DNA of 27,493 nt from a virus (lineage: Duplodnaviria > Heunggongvirae > Uroviricota > Caudoviricetes): positions 1 to 27,493 of IMG/VR virus record IMGVR_UViG_2703718834_000005. One strand, written 5' to 3'. A model generated the notes under the pieces. The model saw only the letters and a list, made by a program, of their open reading frames with translations, searched no databases and was not told where the DNA came from. Positions 20,017 to 27,227 of the stretch are shown here, piece by piece (position 1 is the first letter of the stretch; each line of letters opens with the position of its first letter). The position numbers were made by a program, and so were the translations under genes.

Positions 20017-20120
20017 GATTCCCTCAGATTGAGATTTTTAAACCAGAAATCGACAAACGAAATACTTAACCAGCCGTGGTTATAACCAGCGACCAGTAGC
20101 GATTTGATTTTTGATTTCAT
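20013..20120 (-). CDS. possible small protein (35 aa) coupled between O-like and helicase genes
   Basis: ATG 3 nt after O-like stop with AGGTGA upstream; stop overlaps helicase ATG (ATGA); MKSKIKSLLVAGYNHGWLSISFVDFWFKNLNLRES. Confidence 0.25.
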   Translation of the reverse strand: MKSKIKSLLVAGYNHGWLSISFVDFWFKNLNLRES

Positions 20121-20123
20121 GGT

Positions 20124-20984
20124 TCACCTGTCGAAAAACACGTAGCCAGTTTTCGATACGGTGATTGCGGATGATGGTTTAGATTGTGGTTGAATAGTTT
20201 CTGGCTTCTCGTCGTTCCAGCGTTGACCGTTCAGGTAGCTCGATGGTAACAACCTGTCGAATCCGAACTGCTTACCATTCCTGCATGCGATGTCTTCTGC
20301 CAGCATCGTGGCAAACTCGCTTGCCGTACCCCTGGTAGTTTTACGCCATTCCCTGAACTGTGTTCTGAATGCCGAAGCTGCGTTTTTCTTCCCGGCTTTC
20401 CGCATGCCTGCACACCAGAATATTTCCTCGAATGCCTTGTCGGTTTCTTCGTGACGGTCAGGTGATTTTTCACACTCCGTCCGAACACTTTCGGACATAG
20501 TGTTTTTATTATTTCTTTTTTCTTTTGTAATAGTTTCTTTTGTGTGTCCCTGTTTTGGTGACAGCGCTGTCACCGTTTTGGTGACACTTTTTGTCACCAA
20601 TGCAGTGACATTATCACCAGAGTAGTGACACCCTTCGATTTGCCATTCCTCGATGTTCTTGTTAGGACCGATTTGCTGGCCTTCGCGAAGGATAACCTTC
20701 ATCGCGATAAGCTCATTCTTGGCCTTGTTTACCTTCTGTCTTGGCAGCCTGGTAATTTGAGCTAACTGACTATCAGAGATGCGATCCATCTTTTTACCGT
20801 AGCCGTATGTTTTACGGCATATGGCGTGGGCAACCTTGCTCTGATTTTTCGTTAAATCTGCGCCGATAAGCTCTTCATACAGGGCATTTGCAAGACGGGT
20901 ATAACCATCTTCAACTTCTGCCACACGACGCTCCACAGGCCGTTGTGAAGGCCTTAAATGTGTTACGGTTGCAAGATTACTCAT
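20124..20984 (-). CDS. replication initiator, lambda O-like N-terminal domain with divergent C-terminal domain
   Basis: 286 aa; N-terminal region (DGY.RL.N.L.E...GADLTK.Q.KV..AI.RKTYG..K.MDRI.DSQL..IT.LP) resembles recalled lambda O; iteron array lies inside the gene. Confidence 0.8.
   Translation of the reverse strand: MSNLATVTHLRPSQRPVERRVAEVEDGYTRLANALYEELIGADLTKNQSKVAHAICRKTYGYGKKMDRISDSQLAQITRLPRQKVNKAKNELIAMKVILREGQQIGPNKNIEEWQIEGCHYSGDNVTALVTKSVTKTVTALSPKQGHTKETITKEKRNNKNTMSESVRTECEKSPDRHEETDKAFEEIFWCAGMRKAGKKNAASAFRTQFREWRKTTRGTASEFATMLAEDIACRNGKQFGFDRLLPSSYLNGQRWNDEKPETIQPQSKPSSAITVSKTGYVFFDR
20479..20633. promoter_or_regulatory. origin of replication: palindromic iterons, AT-rich region and flanking palindrome inside the O-like gene
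   Basis: GGTGACAGCGCTGTCACC (20557..20574), GGTGACACTTTTTGTCACC (20580..20598), AGTGACATTATCACC (20604..20618), partial GTGACACCC; AT-rich 20500..20556; palindrome GTCCGAACACTTTCGGAC at 20479..20496. Confidence 0.8.
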
Positions 20985-21123
20985 GACCTTTCTCCTTCTG
21001 CATCAGCTTCACTTTTTCCAACTCAGCCCGGAATCGACCAGGCTGCTTGAAGCTGGACAGGAAGCGATCACGTAGTATGTGTTTGTGAATTTTGTCCTGG
21101 TAAGGACTGAGTTGTTTTGTCAT
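20977..21123 (-). CDS. hypothetical small protein (48 aa) between cII-like and O-like genes, not in ORF track
   Basis: AGGAG SD 5 nt before ATG at 21123; stop overlaps O-like ATG; [48 protein letters not shown]. Confidence 0.45.
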   Translation of the reverse strand: MTKQLSPYQDKIHKHILRDRFLSSFKQPGRFRAELEKVKLMQKEKGHE

Positions 21124-21155
21124 AATGACTCCTGTGGATTGATCCAGTAATTCCC

Positions 21156-21452
21156 TCAGAATTGCATATCAATTTGCTTAAAATCCTCGGTGGCGGCCGG
21201 GGATTTTTTCTTTGTGATTTCATCAAGCGCATACTTAAAAGCCCTGCTAATCGGACTGATGTCTGATGCCATTCCGAAAGCACACAAGACCGAAGCAATA
21301 AATCTCCAGTCCGTTCTGCTTATCTTCGATTCATGACAGCCAATCATCTTTGCCAGACCGCGCTGGGTAAGCGTTGACAGGTTGATGAGTAAATCAGTTT
21401 CAGCGCGATCAATTTCTCGCTGTGTTGGCTTGCTGTAGCTTGCTTGTGCCAT
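21156..21452 (-). CDS. cII: CII-like lysogeny establishment activator
   Basis: 98 aa; HTH region and C-terminus [18 protein letters not shown] resemble recalled lambda CII (KKRPAATERSEQIQMEF). Confidence 0.8.
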   Translation of the reverse strand: MAQASYSKPTQREIDRAETDLLINLSTLTQRGLAKMIGCHESKISRTDWRFIASVLCAFGMASDISPISRAFKYALDEITKKKSPAATEDFKQIDMQF

Positions 21453-21519
21453 TTGTTAATTTTCCTATATTGGTATTGAGTTATAGCGGCACACCCAATG
21501 GATTTGCCGCTGATGTTTG

Positions 21520-21560
21520 CTCACCCGGTTAGAGGTGAAAGGCCAGAACTGTTAAAGAGC
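21520..21560 (-). promoter_or_regulatory. nutR (boxA + phage 21-type boxB)
   Basis: minus-strand GCTCTTTAACAG (boxA), 9-nt spacer, UUCACC-UCUAACCG-GGUGAG hairpin (boxB); between cro and cII-like gene. Confidence 0.7.
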
Positions 21561-21567
21561 AATTTGC

Positions 21568-21753
21568 TTATGCCGCTTGGCGGTAAGCACTTTCTTGATA
21601 CTTCAGGGCGCCAGCTGTAACGATTTCCAATCGATAGGCGTCTTTCTCTGGGATAACTTCTTTCCACTGAGAGACTGCTGCATCGCTAATGCCTAGTGCT
21701 TTAGCAACAGCACGCTGGGTTCCGAAGTGGTCAATAACATCTTTTTTGTACAT
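21568..21753 (-). CDS. cro: Cro repressor (P22 Cro-like)
   Basis: 61 aa; matches recalled P22 Cro; divergent from c2. Confidence 0.9.
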   Translation of the reverse strand: MYKKDVIDHFGTQRAVAKALGISDAAVSQWKEVIPEKDAYRLEIVTAGALKYQESAYRQAA

Positions 21754-21833
21754 AGACTCGCTCCGAAATTAAAGAACACTTAAATTATCCACCAAAGGAA
21801 TCTTAAGTCAAGTTTATTTAAGATGTCTTAACT
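21754..21833. promoter_or_regulatory. OR/PR/PRM divergent control region with 18-bp P22-type operators
   Basis: ATTAAAGAACACTTAAAT (21769..21786) and ATTTAAGATGTCTTAACT (21816..21833), half-site ATTTAAG; minus-strand PR: -35 TTGACT, 16-bp spacer, -10 GATAAT. Confidence 0.65.
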
Positions 21834-22484
21834 ATGAATACACAACTGATGGGTGAGCGTATTCGCGCTCGCAGAAAAGAACTCAAGATTAGGCAGGCTG
21901 CCCTTGGAAAGATGGTTGGCGTGTCTAATGTTGCTATTTCCCAATGGGAGCGATCTGAAACTGAGCCCAATGGCGAAAACCTATTGGCCTTAGCCAAGGC
22001 TTTGCAGTGCTCCCCTGATTACCTGTTGAAAGGAGAGGATAGTCTTTCAAACATTGCCTATCACAGCAGGCATGATCCAAGAGGTTCGTATCCTCTAATT
22101 AGTTGGGTAAGCGCAGGATGTTGGATGGAAGCTGTAGAGCCATATCATAGGCGTGCAATAGATAACTGGTACGACACAACGGTAGATTGTTCTGAAGACT
22201 CTTTTTGGCTCGACGTTAAAGGCGATTCAATGACTGCCCCGGCAGGACTGAGTATTCCTGAGGGGATGATTATTCTCGTCGACCCAGAAGTCGAACCACG
22301 TAATGGAAAGTTGGTAGTCGCCAAACTTGAAGGAGAAAACGAGGCGACATTCAAAAAGTTAGTTATTGATGCCGGTAGAAAATTCCTGAAACCACTCAAT
22401 CCACAATACCCAATGATTGAAATCAATGGGAACTGTAAAATCATTGGCGTTGTCGTTGATGCCAAGCTAGCAAACCTTCCTTAA
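21834..22484 (+). CDS. c2: C2 repressor (P22 c2-like, HTH + LexA-type autocleavage domain)
   Basis: 216 aa; N-terminal HTH (QAALGKMVGVSNVAISQWERSE), C-terminal GDSM serine and KL lysine of S24 peptidase fold; matches recalled P22 C2. Confidence 0.95.
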   Translation: MNTQLMGERIRARRKELKIRQAALGKMVGVSNVAISQWERSETEPNGENLLALAKALQCSPDYLLKGEDSLSNIAYHSRHDPRGSYPLISWVSAGCWMEAVEPYHRRAIDNWYDTTVDCSEDSFWLDVKGDSMTAPAGLSIPEGMIILVDPEVEPRNGKLVVAKLEGENEATFKKLVIDAGRKFLKPLNPQYPMIEINGNCKIIGVVVDAKLANLP

Positions 22485-22508
22485 GGGGCTTTCGCCCCTT
22501 TTTTATTT
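22483..22508 (+). terminator. intrinsic terminator after c2
   Basis: AAGGGGC-tttc-GCCCCTT followed by TTTTATTT; stem includes the c2 stop codon. Confidence 0.7.
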
Positions 22509-22573
22509 CCCGTTAAAAATCAAAGACAAACTAAATTCACGCCCATAAAATTAAGTTTTCTTCAAAAATGCAC

Positions 22574-22606
22574 TTGACCAATAAATTAAGAAGTCTTAAA
22601 TTTAAG
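22574..22606 (+). promoter_or_regulatory. PL promoter with OL operator
   Basis: -35 TTGACC (22574..22579); operator AATTAAGAAGTCTTAAAT (22584..22601) overlapping -10-like TAAATT; 12-bp perfect palindrome CTTAAATTTAAG (22595..22606). Confidence 0.6.
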
Positions 22607-22647
22607 CCATCAGCAGGACGCTGGAAGCCAAACGGAACAGATTGGCA

Positions 22648-22688
22648 GGCTCTTTAACATCGACGGACTCTCAACCTAACCGTTGAGA
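22648..22688 (+). promoter_or_regulatory. nutL (boxA + phage 21-type boxB)
   Basis: GGCTCTTTAACA (boxA, matches the GCTCTTTAACAA consensus), 9-nt spacer, TCTCAAC-CTAACC-GTTGAGA hairpin (boxB). Confidence 0.7.
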
Positions 22689-22798
22689 CCAGAACTTGAG
22701 TGGTTTTGGGGATGGCGCGAATTGCAGCTGCAAGACAGCGATCGAGAAGATAAGCACCTCGACGCGTCATGCGCCAAAGCCACTTAAAGGAGACCATC

Positions 22799-23104
22799 AT
22801 GGTAACCATTGTCTGGAAAGAATCCAAAGGTACGGCAAAAAGCCGCTACAAAGCTCGCAGAGCAGAACTTATTGCCGAGCGACGCAGTAATGAAGCACTG
22901 GCGCGAAAAATTGCGCTAAAGCTCTCTGGTTGCGTCAAAGCAGACAAAGCAGCATCACTAGGAATCCTTTGCTGCAAGAAGAAAGAAGAAGTCGTTCGAA
23001 AAAATAGAAGTATTTATTACAAAGATTCAAACCCATTAGGAAACAAAATACATGCAGTCCAAAAAATAAAATTGTACAGTAAACTACCGTACGGTGCTTA
23101 TTGA
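22799..23104 (+). CDS. N: N antiterminator, chimeric: phage 21-type arginine-rich motif with a different N-like C-terminus
   Basis: 101 aa from ATG at 22799 (AAGGAG SD, 7-nt spacer); ARM GTAKSRYKARRAELIAERR as recalled for phage 21 N; C-terminus KDSNPLGNKIHAVQKIKLYSKLPYGAY differs from the displaced remnant at 23475..23570. Confidence 0.75.
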   Translation: MVTIVWKESKGTAKSRYKARRAELIAERRSNEALARKIALKLSGCVKADKAASLGILCCKKKEEVVRKNRSIYYKDSNPLGNKIHAVQKIKLYSKLPYGAY

Positions 23105-23106
23105 GT

Positions 23107-23445
23107 ATGCTTATGGTGAAAAAGACTATTTATGTTAATCCTGACCGCGGACAAAACAGAAAAGTATCTGATAGAGGTCTTACATCTCGAGACAGGAGGA
23201 GAATAGCGAGATGGGAAAAGAGGATAGCATATGCATTAAAAAACGGTGTAACACCTGGATTTAATGCTATAGATGACGGTCCTGAATATAAGATTAATGA
23301 AGACCCAATGGATAAAGTTGACAAAGCATTAGCAACACCATTTCCTCGCGATGTCGAAAAAATTGAAGATGAAAAATATGAGGATGTAATGCACAGAGTT
23401 GTTAATCACGCTCACCAACGAAATCCAAATAAAAAATGGTCATAG
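23107..23445 (+). CDS. nun: Nun-like transcription termination/exclusion factor
   Basis: ARM DRGLTSRDRRRIARWEKRIAYALKN and C-terminal NPNKKWS with penultimate Trp, as recalled for HK022 Nun; start ambiguous (ATG 23107 or 23113, GTG 23116; track uses TTG 23101). Confidence 0.8.
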   Translation: MLMVKKTIYVNPDRGQNRKVSDRGLTSRDRRRIARWEKRIAYALKNGVTPGFNAIDDGPEYKINEDPMDKVDKALATPFPRDVEKIEDEKYEDVMHRVVNHAHQRNPNKKWS

Positions 23446-23465
23446 CCCACTTCGGTGGGTTTTTT
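23446..23465 (+). terminator. intrinsic terminator directly after nun
   Basis: CCCAC-ttcg-GTGGG followed by TTTTTT; begins 1 nt after the nun stop. Confidence 0.75.
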
Positions 23466-23474
23466 ATTGTCTGA

Positions 23475-23570
23475 ACTAACCGAATTTATTACAGCAAGCC
23501 ACGCAGCGAAATGGGTGTGACTTGTGTTGGTCGCCAGAAAATGAAATTAGGCAGCAAACCACTTATTTGA
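23475..23570 (+). pseudogene. displaced 3' remnant of N (encodes the phage 21-type N C-terminus)
   Basis: frame opens after TGA and reads TNRIYYSKPRSEMGVTCVGRQKMKLGSKPLI*; shares the 10-bp ATTTATTACA (IYY codons) with N at 23012..23021; no independent start context. Confidence 0.65.
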
Positions 23571-23578
23571 GGTGATAT

Positions 23579-23830
23579 ATGGAATTTCATGAAAGTGCGA
23601 TTTATGATTTTCGCGCTAACGCAAATTCAGTAAAACCACAGCCAATTGCAGTTCTTTTTAAAACAATGGGTGCGTGGGCTGTTTTATGCTTCGCCGCTGA
23701 TGATACTGACGCAAGAATGGCAATAGGCCAAGAGATGGAGATGGACCCGACAAACGATGAATTCATAATTTATGGCGCTCCATCTAATTACTTACTTGAT
23801 ACCTGCAACATTTACAACAAGGCTGCCTGA
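23579..23830 (+). CDS. hypothetical protein (83 aa), early-left operon
   Basis: ATG with GAGGTG SD; no recognisable motif. Confidence 0.55.
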   Translation: MEFHESAIYDFRANANSVKPQPIAVLFKTMGAWAVLCFAADDTDARMAIGQEMEMDPTNDEFIIYGAPSNYLLDTCNIYNKAA

Positions 23831-23869
23831 TGGTGGCCTTTATTTTTGGCACAAACAACAGAGGCTAAC

Positions 23870-24166
23870 ATGGAATTTAAAGGTACTGAAGGTAAGTGGG
23901 AAATAATGATGGATGGCGATGAGATTAAAATCATCCAGGCAGACTCTCTTGAAAATGGCACGGGCTGGCGTTCGTATATTGCAATCTGTGAGGAAGTTCA
24001 ATGCATTGAAGATGCCAATCTAATAGCGGCAGCACCTGACCTTCTCGAAGCGCTTCAGTTATTACTTAAGCAAACCAAAAATAGAACAACGACAACATAT
24101 CCAGAATGGTATGGAGCTGTTAATAAAGGTCTCGCAGCAATAAGAAAAGCTCTTGGGGATAAGTAA
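23870..24166 (+). CDS. hypothetical protein (98 aa), early-left operon
   Basis: ATG at 23870 with AGAGG SD 5 nt upstream (track start at 23846 is TTG); stop overlaps next ATG. Confidence 0.55.
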   Translation: MEFKGTEGKWEIMMDGDEIKIIQADSLENGTGWRSYIAICEEVQCIEDANLIAAAPDLLEALQLLLKQTKNRTTTTYPEWYGAVNKGLAAIRKALGDK

Positions 24167-24354
24167 TGAAAGTAAAAATAACCGCTTCTAATACCAGTTT
24201 TGTTAGTGTTGGTGATATTACAGAAGTAATAACAAACCATGATGGAACACAAGTTATGTGGTCTGATTTTTGTAAAAGATATGAGCGAGTCACTTGGTGT
24301 AAACTCGTATGGGGCGTCGAATACGAAGAATTACCTGAAATGCATGACGAATAA
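24166..24354 (+). CDS. hypothetical protein (62 aa), early-left operon
   Basis: ATG overlapping previous stop (TAATG); followed by long inverted repeat. Confidence 0.5.
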   Translation: MKVKITASNTSFVSVGDITEVITNHDGTQVMWSDFCKRYERVTWCKLVWGVEYEELPEMHDE

Positions 24355-24449
24355 GCACTGTGTATTCATTCCAACGAGTGAATACACGGAGCAATGTCGC
24401 TCGTAACTAAACAGGAGCCGACTTGTTCTGATTATTGGAAATCTTCTTT

Positions 24450-24473
24450 GCCCTCTAATATGAGGGCCTTTTT
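24450..24473 (+). terminator. intrinsic terminator within early-left operon
   Basis: GCCCTC-taatat-GAGGGC followed by CTTTTTAT. Confidence 0.5.
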
Positions 24474-24539
24474 ATATGCATACCAATAACGCTTCACTCG
24501 AGGCGTTTTCGTTATGCAATCAAATATAAGGAGTTACCC

Positions 24540-24674
24540 ATGATGCACTTTCAGCTCGCGGGTAGCGGCGTCATGTCCGCTTTCTACCCGCACGAATCTG
24601 AATTATCACGCCGAGTTAAACAATTAATCAGAGCAGCAAAGAAACAACTGGAGGCGTTATGCGCAATGAAATAG
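24540..24674 (+). CDS. CIII-like small protein (44 aa), not in ORF track
   Basis: AAGGAG SD with 6-nt spacer; MMHFQLAGSGVMSAFYPHESELSRRVKQLIRAAKKQLEALCAMK; pattern AG..V...P.ES.L.R...KL resembles recalled lambda CIII; expected position upstream of the recombination gene. Confidence 0.45.
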   Translation: MMHFQLAGSGVMSAFYPHESELSRRVKQLIRAAKKQLEALCAMK

Positions 24675-24811
24675 CCATCAATCACCAGATGCTTCGTGCT
24701 GCACAGAACAAAGCAGTAATAGCCAGATTTATTGGTGATTCAAAAATGTGGCTTGAAGCAAATAAAGCGATGAAATCAGCCATCAACCTTCCGTGGTATC
24801 GCAGGAAATGA
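24659..24811 (+). CDS. Kil-like small protein (50 aa), not in ORF track
   Basis: GGAGG SD; overlaps previous ORF end; MRNEIAINHQMLRAAQNKAVIARFIGDSKMWLEANKAMKSAINLPWYRRK; the FIGD.KM segment resembles recalled lambda Kil. Confidence 0.4.
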   Translation: MRNEIAINHQMLRAAQNKAVIARFIGDSKMWLEANKAMKSAINLPWYRRK

Positions 24812-24915
24812 GTTTTACAGATAACTGGTCAGACGAAGAATTCATTCGTCAGATGAACAAAATGCTCAATCAGCACAAAGAACAGGAGAAAGATGATGAT
24901 TCTGACTCTGAATGA
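24808..24915 (+). CDS. possible small acidic protein (35 aa)
   Basis: ATGA overlap with previous ORF stop; overlaps next ORF by 23 nt. Confidence 0.25.
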   Translation: MSFTDNWSDEEFIRQMNKMLNQHKEQEKDDDSDSE

Positions 24916-25204
24916 TAAGCGTGAAATATCGCAAATAATCGCAAGTTTTACTGATGAAGATTACGAGCGAATCAACAGTGAAGTTGATCGTCTCTGCAAA
25001 CGTTGCGACCCAATAAGCGAAATGCTTCGCTCATATAAACCAGATGAACACACTAAGGACGCTATCGACTGGCTGGAAGATGATGACTGTAACTATCAGG
25101 AAAAAGCCGCTGAATGGTTCTGGGATGCAATAACCGAAAGAGTTAAGGCTGAATATGCCTTCGCAATATTCAAACGCAGACACATTTTTGGAGAAGCTGC
25201 ATGA
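24893..25204 (+). CDS. hypothetical protein (103 aa) immediately upstream of recT
   Basis: AGGAG SD; ATGA overlap with recT start. Confidence 0.55.
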   Translation: MMILTLNDKREISQIIASFTDEDYERINSEVDRLCKRCDPISEMLRSYKPDEHTKDAIDWLEDDDCNYQEKAAEWFWDAITERVKAEYAFAIFKRRHIFGEAA

Positions 25205-26112
25205 GCAATATCGTTGAATTCGTTAAACAGCAGGAGCAGTTATTCTGCGGAGCATTGACTGAACAGACGGTGACATGGGCTAAGGAAAGCCAGTTTGCAA
25301 TTCAGTATTTCCAGAAAAACGATTACCTTGCTAAAACGGCACTGGCAAATCCAACCAGCGCACAGAACGCCATCATCAATGTTGCGGCGATCGGCATCAC
25401 CTTAAACCCGGCCAGCAAACTGGCTTATCTGGTTCCGCGCGACGGCATGGTGTGCCTTGATATCAGTTATATGGGATTGCTCCATATTGCAATGGAGTCT
25501 GGTGTTATCTCATGGGGTCAGGCAAAACTTGTTCATGCTAACGATACCTATGAGTCAAACGGGCTTGATAAAGCACCAACCCATAAATACAACGCCTTCG
25601 GTGATCGTGGTGATATCGTTGGCGTTTACTGCACAGTTAAGACGCCAGCAGGTGATTATCTAACGGAAGAGATGAGTCTGGCTGAAATTGAGGCTGTAAG
25701 GAAAACAAGCAAGGCGGCCTTCAGCGATAAAGGACCATGGGTAAATCACTGGAATGAGATGGCGCGAAAGACGGTCGTAAAGCGTGCAAGCAAGTATTGG
25801 CCTAAGGCATCACGTCTTGATAGTGCTATTCACGTACTAAACGAAGAAGAAGGTGTGTGGACTGAACCAGTTATGCCGCACAAATCAGAGGAAGATATCC
25901 GCGAAGATGAACGGAAACGCCAGCAGGAAATAATGGATAAAGCACAACTTCTTTGTGATGAAATGGCTCAGGCAGAAAACATGGATGATTTGAAGCGATA
26001 TTTTGCAGAAGCATATCGCCTGACATCTGGAATGAAATTGCAGCAGAACGTACAAGCCATTTACGCAGAATGCAAAGCGAAACTGGAGGTTGCCAGTGAG
26101 CAAACTGTATGA
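25201..26112 (+). CDS. recT: RecT-family single-strand annealing recombinase
   Basis: 303 aa; segment KGPWVNHWNEMARKTVVKRASKYWP resembles recalled E. coli RecT (GPWVTHWEEMAKKTAIRRLFKYLP). Confidence 0.8.
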   Translation: MSNIVEFVKQQEQLFCGALTEQTVTWAKESQFAIQYFQKNDYLAKTALANPTSAQNAIINVAAIGITLNPASKLAYLVPRDGMVCLDISYMGLLHIAMESGVISWGQAKLVHANDTYESNGLDKAPTHKYNAFGDRGDIVGVYCTVKTPAGDYLTEEMSLAEIEAVRKTSKAAFSDKGPWVNHWNEMARKTVVKRASKYWPKASRLDSAIHVLNEEEGVWTEPVMPHKSEEDIREDERKRQQEIMDKAQLLCDEMAQAENMDDLKRYFAEAYRLTSGMKLQQNVQAIYAECKAKLEVASEQTV

Positions 26113-26578
26113 AATTGCCAATGAATACGCAAAATTGATGGATTCAGATTTAGAACCAGAGATGATTGCTGACACAATAGAAGGCATGGAAGGAGAATTT
26201 ACCGATAAAATAGAGCAACTTCTTTCCGTCATTAAAAATGAATCTGGTTATGCCGAACGCCTCAAGGAAGAGGCAAAGTCACTGAATGAGCGAGCCGCAG
26301 TAATTCAAAATAAGATTGACAGCATCAAATCATATATAGCGTCATCGCTTGAAATTGTTGGCAAGAAAAAGATTCGAGCAGGTATTCACCAGGTAACAAT
26401 CCGCAAACCGTCAGAAACTGTAGAAATCATCGACTCAAGCGCCATTCCTCCTGAATACGTTGAGTTTGAAACGACAATTAAAGCCGACAAACTGGCAATC
26501 AAACACCAACTAAAAGCAGGAATAAATATCCCCGGCGCTCAACTCAAGGTTGGGAAACCTTCACTTCTTATCAAATAA
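26096..26578 (+). CDS. hypothetical protein, possibly Gp157-family, downstream of recT
   Basis: GTG at 26096 with GGAGG SD 6 nt upstream (track start is TTG at 26090); overlaps recT end; family assignment by recalled pattern only. Confidence 0.45.
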   Translation: MSKLYEIANEYAKLMDSDLEPEMIADTIEGMEGEFTDKIEQLLSVIKNESGYAERLKEEAKSLNERAAVIQNKIDSIKSYIASSLEIVGKKKIRAGIHQVTIRKPSETVEIIDSSAIPPEYVEFETTIKADKLAIKHQLKAGINIPGAQLKVGKPSLLIK

Positions 26579-26589
26579 CGGTATCGCCT

Positions 26590-26904
26590 ATGAAAAAGAC
26601 TCCATGGGAGAAATGGGAAGTCGATTTCTTGCGCGAAGTAGCGGCGACAATGCCAGTTGAAGTTATCGCTGAAAAACTGGAAAGGACTGAAAAAGCAGTA
26701 ATGGCGAAAGCAACAAGGATTGGCGCTGACATTGTTAGCCGACTTCGTGGAAGACGCTGGACAAGAGCCGAAGTATCACTTTTCGGTAAGTTCTCCGCAG
26801 AAGAAATAGCAATTGCAACCTGCCGCTCAATTTATTCAGTAAGAGCTATGCGATACAAGCTAAAAAAACTTGATGAAGAGAGAACAGGCATACGAATAAA
26901 TTAA
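26590..26904 (+). CDS. hypothetical protein (104 aa) with two tandem internal repeats
   Basis: two roughly 40-aa repeats sharing W..(E/F)..L......EIA.....R(T/S)...V.A pattern. Confidence 0.5.
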   Translation: MKKTPWEKWEVDFLREVAATMPVEVIAEKLERTEKAVMAKATRIGADIVSRLRGRRWTRAEVSLFGKFSAEEIAIATCRSIYSVRAMRYKLKKLDEERTGIRIN

Positions 26905-26920
26905 CAAAGAGGAATTTACC

Positions 26921-27088
26921 ATGAGAGGACTTGCATACAATCCCGGCATTCTTCCGGCAGAAATGATTATTCGCCAACGCGTAAAGCCAATGCCATCGAG
27001 AGAGGAATTGCTTAAGAGAAATAGTTTCGGTTCTGTTAATGACAACAAATATCTGAATGCGATGTGGCGCAAAGGATGCAAGCAGTGA
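26921..27088 (+). CDS. hypothetical small protein (55 aa), not in ORF track
   Basis: AAAGAGGA SD 8 nt upstream of ATG; [55 protein letters not shown]. Confidence 0.4.
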   Translation: MRGLAYNPGILPAEMIIRQRVKPMPSREELLKRNSFGSVNDNKYLNAMWRKGCKQ

Positions 27089-27227
27089 GCAAGATTGACT
27101 ATCAGGCACTGCGTGAGATAGCAAAGCACCAGAGACTTACAGAAGAATCAGCGAGCTACGCAAGGACTAACCCGCCTCACACTCGATGAGGCCAGTTTAT
27201 TTCTCAAGATATCCAGACCTACCATCG

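Noticed and set aside
20557-20633. Repeated GGTGACA...TGTCACC units considered as a possible CRISPR-like or mobile-element repeat array
   Set aside because: Units are palindromic, about 18-19 bp, contiguous without unique spacers, adjacent to an AT-rich stretch and inside the O-like gene; this is the lambdoid ori iteron arrangement.
21068-21298. Track ORF 21068..21298 (-), 76 aa
   Set aside because: Overlaps the cII-like gene and the 48-aa gene in a different frame; those two have proper SD sequences and coupling, this one does not.
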